Shown here: piece after piece, positions 53,088 to 64,000 of the stretch
Position numbering within the stretch: the stretch's first letter is position 1
Layout of the letters: every line of letters starts with the position of its first letter
Source: Camelus dromedarius
Lineage: Eukaryota
Direction of reading: 5' to 3'
Assembly (NCBI RefSeq): GCF_036321535.1
Contig: NC_087436.1
Location: 87,484,001 to 87,548,000 of the forward strand
Length of the DNA: 64,000 bases
The notes under the pieces: model-generated
What the model was told of the DNA's origin: nothing
The model's database searches: none
What the model saw: the letters and a program-made list of their open reading frames with translations, nothing else
Translations under genes and position numbers: made by a program

Positions 53088-53300
53088 TCATTCATTCAAC
53101 AAATATTTATTTAGCCCTTAATTTGAGCCAAGAACTCTGTTGGGAATTCAAGGTGTGCAACATCAGGTATGCTCCCTTCCTTCGTGGAGCTTATAGTCCA
53201 GTGCAGGAGTACACATGAATCAAACTATTGCACAGGATGATGGAAAATGGCAACAGTGATGGGTGCACTGTGAATGTATGTGACAGCATGAGAAGGGCTG
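53088..53300 (-). mobile_element. L2 3' fragment
   Basis: tcattcattcaacaaatatttatt...ccttcgtggagcttatagtccagtg. Confidence 0.75.
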
Positions 53301-54920
53301 ACCAAGCGTGGGTGGGGAGAGGACCAGTTATGTGCTATCATGTGCTTATTACACAGATGAGTACTTTATAATACATGGTTATTTTATTTATGTCAGAATC
53401 ATGGCGCATGTGGTTCATCTAAAACCTTGCAGTTTATAGTGATGTGTTAACAGGATAGCATCATAAAAGAGATGTTTAGTTAGAAGGGCTGAGTTTGGGT
53501 TCCAGTTCTCTATTAGATGTGCCCACACACAAGCTTGGAGTACCATTTCCCTGTGTATAAAATTGTACACTATCCGTTCCACCTAACTTACAGATTTGTT
53601 AAAGAAATTAATAATATGGCATGTGTAAAATCACCTACAAACTCTACCTAGTTACAGAAAGATTCATTTCACCTTTATTCAGGATCCATATATCCCTTGG
53701 CCCTGTTATTATCTAAAGACAACATGTTGATGTGATAAATTAGGGCTCTACTCTTCCAGTTTATAGGATACCAATACCTGCCCAGCATCTTTTAAAATGA
53801 ATTTGCTTTTCCTTCATTTGGCCCATAAAATCTGGATCCCTCAGGGAGGACCTGACTGTGATTGGAAACCAAAAGAGGGGGAGGATGGGGCCAAATGCAG
53901 CCAAGGGAGCTTTGAGACTCGGTGTCCCTTTGCAGCCTCACCACCTGCCAAGAGGGCAGGTGTGGGGCCCTCTGGGGCCCCAGAGAGCACCTGAGACTCC
54001 AGGAGAGGAGGTGCAGGAGTAGAGGGGAACATGAACCTTGGGCAAGTCCCAGCTGGGAAATAAAATGGGTCAAACCAAGACCACTGCTCACTCACAAATT
54101 ACAAGGAAACTCTCCATGGGCAAGTCACCAGGAGCATGCTGGACGCCTGCCGAAGGGAAAACAGAGAGGCTTATAGACTTCCATGAAAACACATCCCCAG
54201 AAGTGAGCAGAGCCGTTTTCCCTGCAGAGAAGATGGGGGTGGGGGCAAGCGCTGCCTTTGTCCACTCAGGAGCATCTCACTCATTCTAGCACATTCTGCA
54301 GGGCAACGGTGTGTCCTCACGTACACCTTGAAGCTGCAAGCATAACAACTGTTGTGTGACTTTAATTGAATCAAACTACTCAAGGTCGACCAAGAGAAAT
54401 CAGTTTATAACTATTTTCTGAGCACACGCTGGGCGCAGTGAGCTCTGCCATGTGTGTACAAGGTGAGACTATAAAGGAGGGAGAATTAAACAGATTTTAT
54501 TTAATATATTGTTCATTTGATTGATAACTCATTTATAATTTTTAAATATTTACATAGCAAGAAACTTGCCACAATCTAGCAGGCTTACTAATTGCTTCCT
54601 TAATTTGTTTCGGTAAATTAAGCATTTAGAAGCCAATATTTATGATAGCCTGTAATATCCATGAACAGAGTAGGAATTTATAGAAAATACTTTTTCTTTT
54701 AAAATATTTAGATATACGATAAAGGTTTGTTGATCCCCCCATTTAAAAAAAAAGTCTTGGCCTTTGGTGCCAGAAGCGGAGCAGCAGGCAAGTCCTCACC
54801 AGGTCATTTAATTCTCTGCCTACTAATTGCCTCTGCTGCCCAGCTTCTAAGCCTCATTTTCTCTCACCTTGCCAGCAGTTGCCTTTCAGCAATGTTCTTT
54901 CTCTCTCTCTCTCTCTCTTT

Positions 54921-55104
54921 ATACTGAAGTCTAGTCAGTTTACAATGTTTTGTTGGTTTCTGGTGTACAGCAGTGATTCATTAATACATATGTATGTATA
55001 TTCCTTTTCATATTGTTTTTCATTATAGGCTATTAAAAGATATTGAATATGGTTCCCTTTGCTATGTAGTAGGACCTTGTTGTTTATCTATTGTATATAT
55101 AGTA
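54921..55104 (-). mobile_element. L1 3' end, older artiodactyl-type
   Basis: gtcagtttacaatgtt...gtaggaccttgttgtttatcta. Confidence 0.87.
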
Positions 55105-56487
55105 CTTCTTTTTTTCTCTCTCTTTTTTGCTTAAATCAGTCAGAGTTAATTTCAGTTGCATGCAACTAAGGACACAAAACAGGAAAAAGACTCTCCAATG
55201 GCCTGTGAGTTCGCTGAATGACATGAAACCATCAAATAAAGTAAAGCCCCCTCTTCTGCTGGCAGCTTCTCCTCAGGACCCTCATTCTCAGTTTAGGGAA
55301 AGTCTAACCTTTCCAGCACTCATCTGATCCTAGGAGAGTAATCTGCTCTCTGTAATTAGAGCCACAGTTGGAGGGCCTCTGGGGATCGGAACCTGTACAG
55401 CTGTGGGTCTGGGAAATATTGTTCTAACTGTTTCCAGCTAAGGCCTTAAGCCTGAGTCACCTTTGGGACTTATAGTCAAAGGATCACTCTCCAATCTCAG
55501 GTTCAGGCATCTCATCTCTGGCATGTCTCAAAGGTGAAAAGTTGGAGGGACTGAGATCCAGAAGAAAAAAACAATTTATAAGAGCATACAATGCCTTGGC
55601 AGGGCCCACCCCCCACCCCCCCGATTTCAACTAAGGTGTTATGTCTTCCCCATCTTGTGCCATGATCCCCAATAAGTTAGGAATCCGTACCTTGGGCTTT
55701 ATAAACTATTACAGAACTGTACATAATAAATACACATACATGTTTTATTTATACAGGGGAAAAGCAAAAGCCGTCAGGATATATTCATTGTGATTATTAA
55801 TTAGTGGTAAGATTTTTTCCCTCTCTGCTTATGTGTATTTCCTACTTTTTCAACAATAAACAGATTGTATTTGTGGAATTAACATTCCATAAGCATGAAA
55901 AAGAGAAAAGGGAAACTGGCCGAAAAAAGTTTCTGATTTGTACATGAGCACTGGATTAACACTCATGAGTCCCCTCTGCTGACAAATCTCAGCCAAAATC
56001 ATATTAGTTTCATTTGTTGAGAAATTCAGAATTATAACAGACTCATAGTTGCCCTGGAATCACCCCCTTACATATGTGAACATTCCCCTCAAAAACATAC
56101 TTAATAAGCTTGTCTCTACTTTTGTGCCCATTTTGTTGGCTTGAGTATGTTTCCATTCTGTAGTTTCATGGGGATTCTTGGAACCATTATAAACACACAT
56201 CACTAGATCTCCCACAGAGAAGCCTTTTCTTCCTTTCTCACTCTCCATTAATCTGAAGACAACTATGAATTACTGATCATGTCACAGAGCAAGCAGCCAG
56301 TCCTCACTCGGCCAGTTCTCACCTAAAGGCTGGAAGCTGACTTGAAATTCAGGCCTAAAAGTAAGGCCTAACTTCCTTCCATTCAAACTTTAGAGACATC
56401 TTCATAGCTCTCTGAGAGATTCTTTCCCCTTATTTCAAAGAAGTTGTAATCATTTGCCAGAGCTGATATGTTTATGGTGGAAACACA

Positions 56488-56570
56488 GTATAATATATAT
56501 ATATTATATATTATATAATGATATATTATGTGTGTGTGTGTGTGTGTATATATATATACACACACATAGT
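56488..56570. repeat. (TA)n/(TG)n/(CA)n compound microsatellite
   Basis: Read directly from the sequence. Confidence 0.9.
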
Positions 56571-57019
56571 ATATTATAAATTCTCAACTTAAATTTGCAT
56601 CATTGTTTGCAGGGACAGAAAGTCATGATGCCAGATAAACTGGTGTTCTGCTAAAGGAAAATCTGAAATCAGTCTCTACTATCAGCCTGTAGACTTCTCC
56701 ACGTGGTAGTCAGAGTCCAGAGTCCAGAAGAATAAGTATCTGCTGAAGGTGAGCACAAGAAAAGGCAAATCATTTTCACAGTTTCTTTTAAACAGCAAAA
56801 GCTATGTGGGGGGTATAGGAAAGACTGGTTATAAGCATGCTCTTGGCAATCAAACAGATCTCAATGCAAATCCCAACCCCACCATATATTGGCCTTGAGT
56901 AGATCTTGAAGAAACTATTTAATCTCTCTGTGTCCTGATTTCCTCATCTATAAAAAGGGAATTCTAATGGTATCTATTCCATAGGTCTTTTCCTTTTTTC
57001 TGTTTGCTTTTACATTTTT

Positions 57020-57063
57020 TTTATTGACTTACAGTCAGTTTACAATGTTGTGTCAATTTCTGG
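57020..57063 (-). mobile_element. 44-bp L1 3' tip with 16-bp TSD
   Basis: TTGCTTTTACATTTTT at 57004-57019 and 57064-57079 flanks ttattgacttacagtcagtttacaatgttgtgtcaatttctgg. Confidence 0.9.
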
Positions 57064-57194
57064 TTGCTTTTACATTTTTAGTTTGTTCTATTTTATTTTG
57101 AAGGACTAATTCAGAAATGCTACATTGGGCACCAAGCACCATGTCCAGAACATAGTTCTCAATAAACATTGGTCTTTCAAAGTCTATCTGGGGG

Positions 57195-57860
57195 CTACTT
57201 CCAGCCATCATGGAGTAACAGGAACCAGGTTTATCCTCCTGCCCAGACAACTTAAAAACCAGACGAAGTCTATGAAGCAAAAAATGTCAAGACATTGGAC
57301 ATAAGGCAACAATGCACAATGATTCCTAGGAGATGAGAAGCAGATGAATGAAGCCCTTTAATTTCCCGAGCTTACTACCTGAAAAGAGTTTCCAGACCAC
57401 AGAGCGGGCATGGAAAGCCCAGGTACAACCTGGAAATCTCCGTGTTAGATTTGAGAGCATAGGGAGGCCAAGGAGTCTAGATTTTCCAGGGCAGAGTACT
57501 AGAGATGGGGGCACTACACAGTGAGAACTCTGAAGGTCTGCAACGGGTCCCCCAGGATCCCCAGGTAAATGCTGATTAGGACATGCATGTGAGGAATCTG
57601 CCCAGAAAAGAACCACCTGGAAGGATTAGAGTGAACAAAACCCCAAAGGTCACAGCAGACCAGGACTAGCTCTTGATCCCAGCAGCCAGAGTGGAAAACC
57701 TCACAATTTACGGGCATTAGGTAGGGTACCAGGAAGAGTTTTGCCTCAATGATGGGGTAAAATTAGCCCTACACTAACACGGCTTTGATATCACCTAATA
57801 AAACTTAAATTTAAAGCAAGTCTCAGGAGGACCAAAGTGTTTACCAAGTAACTTAATTAA
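57195..57860 (+). mobile_element. Old L1 5'UTR
   Basis: acttccagccatcatggagtaacagg start, homologous to 50662 onward. Confidence 0.7.
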
Positions 57861-57862
57861 CA

Positions 57863-58203
57863 CATTAATTTTCTAGTGCTGCATTAAAAAATTGCCCCTA
57901 AAACTTAGTGGCTTAAACAAAAACAAACATTATTATCTCACATAGTTTCTACGGGTCAGGAATCCAGGAGCAGCTTAGCTGGGTGGTTCCAGGTCAGGTT
58001 TGCTCAAGAAGCTGTAGTCAAGCTGTCAGCTAGGGCTGCCGTATCTGAAGACCTGGATAGACATGGAAGATCCACCTCTAAGATGACTCCTTCATGTGCC
58101 TCTTGGCTGGAGGCCTATATTTTTTGCTGGTTGTTAGCAAGAGGACTCAGATCCTCACTACATGAACCTCTTCATAAGTTTGCTTGAGTGCCCTAGTGAC
58201 ATG
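57863..58203 (-). mobile_element. MaLR LTR (MLT1F-like), partial
   Basis: aaacttagtggcttaaacaa...ggtcaggaatccaggagcagcttagctgggtggtt. Confidence 0.82.
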
Positions 58204-58209
58204 AAAAAC

Positions 58210-59880
58210 TTATAGGCAGACTGATCAGGAATACAGAAGAAGACACAGCTTTTCAGTATGAGGAATGAAAGAGGTGACATTACTAAGGATCCTACAGCTA
58301 CTCAAAGAACAATAAGGAAATACTATGAAAAATACTATGCCAACCAATTCAACAACTTAGATGTAATAGTCAAATTCCTTGGAACAAGCTACTCATGCTC
58401 CCCAAAGAGAGACAGATAAACTGAATACCACTGTGTCTATTTAAAAATTTGTCCCAGAGTTCTCTTAAACTATCTTCGTTTCTTTTCATTCTTTTTTCTG
58501 TTCTGTGGTAGTGATTTCCACTAATCTGTTCTTCAGCCTCATTTGGTCTATTCTTTGTTCCTCCTAGAGTATTATTCATTTCAGTAATTGTATTCTTCAA
58601 CCAAGTATGGTAAGCCAGAAAGAGAAAGAAAAATACCACGTGCTATCACTTATATGTGGAATCTAAAGAAAAAAGTACACAAATGAACTTATTTATAAAA
58701 CAGAGATAGACTCACAGACATAGAAAACAAACTTATGGTTACAGGGGGGAGAGGGGAAGAAGTGGGAAAGAACAAATTGGGAGTTTGGGATTTGCAGATA
58801 TTAACTCCTACATATAAAATAGATAAACAACAAGGACCTACTGTGTAGCACAGGGAACTATATTCAGTATCTTCTAGTTAATTCTAATGAGAAAGAATAT
58901 GAAAAGGAATGTGTATATATGTATAAGTGAATCACGTTGCTGTACACCAGAAACTAACACAACATTGTAAATCAACTAGTCTTCAATTAAATAAATAAAT
59001 TTTTAAACAAAGAAATTGAATTTTTAGTTTAAAAAAATCTTTTATGAAGAAAATTCTAGGGCCAGATAATAATTCCACCAAACATTTTAAAGAATAAATA
59101 ATTTCCAATTTCACTATGAAGTAGTTTTTTAAAAAGATACTAGCACTAATAAGTGAATTTTGCATAGTTGTAAGATTCAAGGTCAATACTCAAAAATCAA
59201 TTGTATATCCATATACTATAGCAAACAATTGGGAATAGGTATTTTAAAAAGCTGTATTTACAGTAGCATCAGTGACTATAAAATGCATACGGATAATTCT
59301 GAAAAAATATGTATAAGATCTGTGCATAGAAAACTGTAACATTGCTGAGGTAAATTTAATAAAGATCTGAATAGATGGAGAGATACATCATCTTCATGAA
59401 TCAGACGTACATTATTAAGATGTGAATTAACCAACATAACCCCAAATCAACATTCACAGCAGCATTATTTGTAACAGCCCAAGACTGGAAACAATACAAA
59501 CGTCCATCAATAAATAAATGCGTAAATAAATTGTGGTATATTCATATAATGGAACACTACTCAGCAATAAAAAGGAATGTGCTGTTGAAACACACAATAG
59601 ATGAATCTCAAAATAATTAACCTGAGTAAATGAAGCTTGACAAGAAGATAGAGAGAGAGAGAGAGAGATGCAGTATAATTCCATTTATATAAAATTCTAG
59701 AAATGCACATGATTTTATGACAGAAAGCAGGTAAGTGGTTCCTGGGGACATGGAGAAGGGTATGATTATAAAGGAGCACAAAGAAACTGTGGGGATTTGC
59801 AGACATGTTTATTACCTTGATTGTGATGACAGTCTCATGGGGAGGTACATATGTCAAAAACTCATCAAATGGTACCCTTT
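58210..59880 (+). mobile_element. Old L1 ORF2/3'UTR fragments (L1MC-like) hosting younger insertions
   Basis: gaatgaaagaggtgacattac...; resumes at aaagaaattgaattt after 59010; 3'UTR ttaccttgattgtgatga...tgtcaaaaactcatcaaat. Confidence 0.78.
58449..59010 (+). mobile_element. L1 with 5' inversion: antisense ORF1 piece (58449-58600) fused to sense 3' end (58601-59010)
   Basis: Minus translation LKNTITEMNNTL...EKRMKRNEDSLRELWD is L1 ORF1-like; the sense part is gtaagccagaaagag...cttcaattaaa. Confidence 0.82.
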
Positions 59881-62800
59881 AACTATCAGTTTAATAAAAA
59901 CAGTTATAGTAATGGGTTAATAGATTTACAAAAAAGGGTAACCACAAGCCAAAAATTTACAAGGGAGTCACAAAAATTAAATAAAATCCATAATACAAAG
60001 GAAAATTACCAAACCACAAAAGGAAGAAGAAAGGAACAAAGAGGATATACCAATTCAAATTCAAAGGTAAATTCAAAATGGCAATAAACACACATCTATC
60101 ATTAATTACTGTAAATGTTAATGGACTAAATGCTCCAGTCAAAAGACATAGAGTGGCAGACTGGATAATAAAGCAAGAACCTTCAATATGCTGCATACAA
60201 GAGACCCACTTTAGGGAGAAGGACACATATAGATTGAGAGTGAAAGGATGGAAAAGGATATTCCATGCAAATGGAAAAGCCAAAAGAGCAGGTGTTGCAG
60301 TACTGATTTCACACAAAATAGACTTTAAAACAAAGGCCATAAAGAAAGATAAAGAAGGACATTTTATAATAATTAAAGGAGTGATACAAGATGAGGATAT
60401 TACACTTGTTAATATATATGCACCCAATATAGGAGCACCTAAGTACATACAAGAATTACTAACAGAGATAAAGGGGGATATTGATGGGAATACAATCATA
60501 GTTGGAGATTTTAACACTGCATTAACATCACTAGACAGATCTTCCAGACAGAAAATAAACAAGGCAACAGAGAAATTAAATACTACAATAGAAAAACTAG
60601 ATTTGGTGGATATTTTCAGAGCATTACACCCCCCAAAAATAGGATATACATTCTTTTCAAGTGCACATGGAACATTTTCCAGGATCGATCATGTATTTGG
60701 GCACAAAAGAAACCTCAACAATTTTAAGAAGATAGAAATTATCTCAAGCATCTTTACTGACCACAATGCCATGAAACTGGAAATTAACAACAGGAAATCA
60801 AAGCTGAAATTAAAAAATACCTTGAGACAAATGATAATGAAAGCACAACCACTCAAAATCTATGGGACACAGCAAAGGCAGTGCTAAGAGGGAAGTTTAT
60901 AGCGATACAGGCCTTCCTCAAAAAAGAAGAACAATCTCAAATAAACAATTTAACCCACCACCTGAATGAATTAGAAAAAGAAGAACAAAAAGCCCCAAAA
61001 AGCAGCAGAAGGAAGGAAATAATAAAGATCAGAGAGGAATTAAATACAATAGAGATTAACAAGACCATAGAAAAAATCAACCAAACCAAAAGCTGGTTTT
61101 TTGAAAAAGTAAATAAAATCGACAAACCTCTGGCCAAACTCACAAAGAAGAAAAAAGAGAGAGCACAAATTAGCAAAATAAGAAAGGAAAATGGAGAAAT
61201 TACAACAAGTAAAACAGAAATACAGAATATCATATGAGAATATTATGAAAAACTATATGGAACCAAACTGGATAACCTAGAGGAGATGGACAAGTTTCTG
61301 GAAATATACTGTCCACCAAAACTGAATCAAGAAGAATCTGAACACTTGAACAATCTGATCACTAGAAAGGAAATAGAAATAGCAACTAAAAACCTCCCTA
61401 CAAATAAAAGTCCAGGACCGGACGGCTTCACCGGGGAATTCTACCAAACATACAAAGAAGAACTCATACCAGTCCTTCTCAAACTCTTCCAGACGATTGA
61501 AAAGGAGGGAATACTCCCAAACTCATTCTATGAAGCCACCATCACCCTGATACCAAAACCAGGCAAAGACACTACAAAAAAAGAGAATTATAGGCCAATA
61601 TCACTGATGAACATAGACGCCAAAATCCTCACCAAAATTTTAGCAAATAGAATCCAACAACACATAAAAAAGATTATACATCATGACCAAGTGGGGTTCA
61701 TCCCAGGGACACAAGGCTGGTTCAACATACGCAAATCAATCAATGTAATACATCACATCAACAAGAGAAAGGACAAAAACCACATGATCATCTCAATCGA
61801 TGCAGAAAAAGCATTTGATAAAATTCAACATCCATTTATGATAAAAACTCTTGCCAAAGTGGGTATAGAGGGGACATATCTCAACATAATAAAAGCTATA
61901 TATGACAAACCTACAGCCAGCATAGTACTCAACAGTGAAAAACTCAAAAGCTTCCCACTAAAATCTGGGACAAGACAAGGATGCCCACTATCACCACTCC
62001 AATTCAACATAGTCCTGGAAGTCCTAGCCACAGCAGTCAGGCAAGAGAAAGAAATAAAAGGGATCCAAATTGGAAAAGAAGAGGTAAAAGTGTCATTATG
62101 ATGACATGTTACTATATATAGAAAACCCTAAAAGGTCCACACAAAAACTACTAGAGCTGATTGAAGAATTCAGCAAGGTAGCAGGTTACAAAATTAATGT
62201 TCAAAAATCAGTTGCATTTCTTTACACTAACGATAAATCAACAGAAGAAGAAAGTAAAGAAACAATCCCCTTTAAAATAGCACCCAAAGTAATAAAATAT
62301 CTGGGAATAAATCTAACCAAGGAGGTGACAGAATTATACACAGAAAACTATAAACCATTGATGAAGGAAATTAAAGAAGACTTTAAAAAATGGAAAGATA
62401 TTCCATGCTCTTGGATTGGAAGAATCAATATTGTTAAAATGGTCACACTGCCCAAGGCAATCTACAGATTTAATGCAATCCCTATCCAATTACCCAGGAC
62501 ATATTTCACAGAACTAGAACAAATCATAATAAAATTCATATGGAACCATCAAAGACCTAGAATTGCCAAAGCATTACTGAAGAGAAAGAAAGAGGCTGGA
62601 GGAATAACTCTCCCAGACTTCAGACAATACTATAGAGCTACAGTCATCAAGACAGCATGGTATTGGTACCAAAACAGACATATAGACCAATGGAACAGAA
62701 TAGAGAGCCCAGAAATGAACCCACAAACTTTTGGTCAACTCATCTTTGACAAAGGAGGCAAGAATATACATTGGAATAAAGACAGTCTCTTCAGCAAATG

Positions 62801-64000
62801 GTGTTGGGAAAACTGGACAGCAGCATGTAAAACAATGAAGCTAGAACACTCCCTTACACCATATACAAAAATCAACTCAAAATGGATTAAAGACTTAAAC
62901 ATAAGACAAGATACAATAAACCTCCTAGAGGAAAACATAGGCAAAACATTATCTGACATACATTTAAAAATTTTTCTCCTAGAAGAAATAAAAGCAAGAA
63001 TAAACAAATGGGACCTAATGAAACTTACAAGCTTCTGCACAGCAAAGGAAACCAGAAATAAAACAAGAAGAAAACCTACGGAATGGGAGAAAATTTTTGC
63101 AAGTGAAACCGACAAAGGCTCGATCTCCAGAATATATAAGCAGCTCATACGACTCAATAACAAAAAAATAAACAACCCAATCCAAAAATGGGCAGAAGAC
63201 CTAAACAAGCAATTCTCCAAGGAAGACATACAAATGATCAAAAAGCACATGAAAAAATGCTCAATATCACTAATTATCAGAGAAATGCAAATCAAAACTA
63301 CAATGAGGTTTCACCTCACACCAGTCAGAATGGCCGTCATTCAAAAATCCACAAATGACAAATGCTGGAGAGGCTGTGGAGAAAGGGGAACCCTCCTACA
63401 CTGCTGGTGGGAATGCAGTTTGGTGCAGCCACTATGGAAAACAGTGTGGAGATTCCTCAAAAGACTAGGAATAGACTTACCATATGACCCAGGAATCCCA
63501 CTCCTGGGCTTGTATCCAGAAGGAAATCTACTTCGGGATGACACCTGCACCCCAATGTTCATAGCAGCACTAGTTACAATAGCCAAAACATGGAAACAGC
63601 CTAAATGTCCATCAACAGGTGACTGGATAAAGAAGAGGTGGTATATTTATACAATGGAATACTACTCAGCCATAAAAACTGACAACATAATGCCATTTGC
63701 AGCAACATGGATGCTCCTGGAGAATGTCATTCTAAGTGAAGTAAGCCAGAAAGAGAAAGAAAAATACCATATGAGATCGCTCATATGTGGAATCTAAAAA
63801 ACAAAAACAAAAACAAACAAACAAACAAAAGCAAAGCGTAAATACAGGACAGAAATGGACTCACAGACAGAGAATACAGACTTGTGGTTACCAGGCGAGT
63901 GGAGGGTGGGAAGGGATAGACTGGGATTTCAAAATTGTAGAATAGATAAACAAGATTACACTGTATAGCACAGGGAAATATACACAAAATGTTATGATAA
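59881..64000 (+). mobile_element. Young L1, truncated in the inter-ORF region, 3' end runs off the window
   Basis: About 200 nt of A-rich spacer, full ORF2 span, then 3'UTR with (AAAC)n. Confidence 0.97.
60078..63797 (+). pseudogene. L1 ORF2 (APE endonuclease, reverse transcriptase, CCHC), disrupted
   Basis: NVNGLN, QETH, GDFN, SRIDH, DH endonuclease motifs; [30 protein letters not shown] motifs; frameshift near 60793, stop at 61235-61237, frameshift near 62099. Confidence 0.96.

Noticed and set aside
50660..57860. Similar sequences at about 50662 and 57197 suggesting a local duplication
   Set aside because: Both are diverged 5' ends of old dispersed L1s and their flanks are unrelated.
59957..63586. 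Long antisense ORFs (201, 98, 186 and 81 aa) with hydrophobic translations
   Set aside because: These are shadows of the A-rich L1 ORF2 on the opposite strand.
1..64000. CRISPR array, prokaryotic defence system or retroviral gag/pol/env
   Set aside because: No regularly spaced repeats, operon structure or retroviral ORFs; the only RT is L1 ORF2.

Overview
This is a repeat-rich mammalian genomic window. It is most likely camelid, inferred from five copies of a tRNA-derived SINE that matches my recollection of the camelid Vic-1 family. I could not recognise any host protein-coding exon, RNA gene or CRISPR array, so the window looks intronic or intergenic. Most of it is transposon-derived: LINE-1 of several ages, L2, CR1/L3, MIR, MaLR/ERVL LTRs and hAT/Tigger MITEs. 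The only real protein homology is L1 ORF2: a disrupted, 5'-truncated young L1 at 59.9-64 kb and a nearly identical antisense 3' piece at 49.5-50.6 kb. I found no convincing novel biological system. The best-supported unusual observations are retrotransposition anomalies readable from the junctions: an apparent L1 3' transduction bracketed by a perfect 18-bp TSD, an L1 insertion that removed a SINE head and left a fold-back filler, and an inverted ORF1 piece fused to an L1 3' end. Weaker leads are an RFX X-box pair, an orphan 269-codon ORF and a few exon-like segments. Repeat subfamily names come from memory of consensus sequences, and old-repeat boundaries are approximate.
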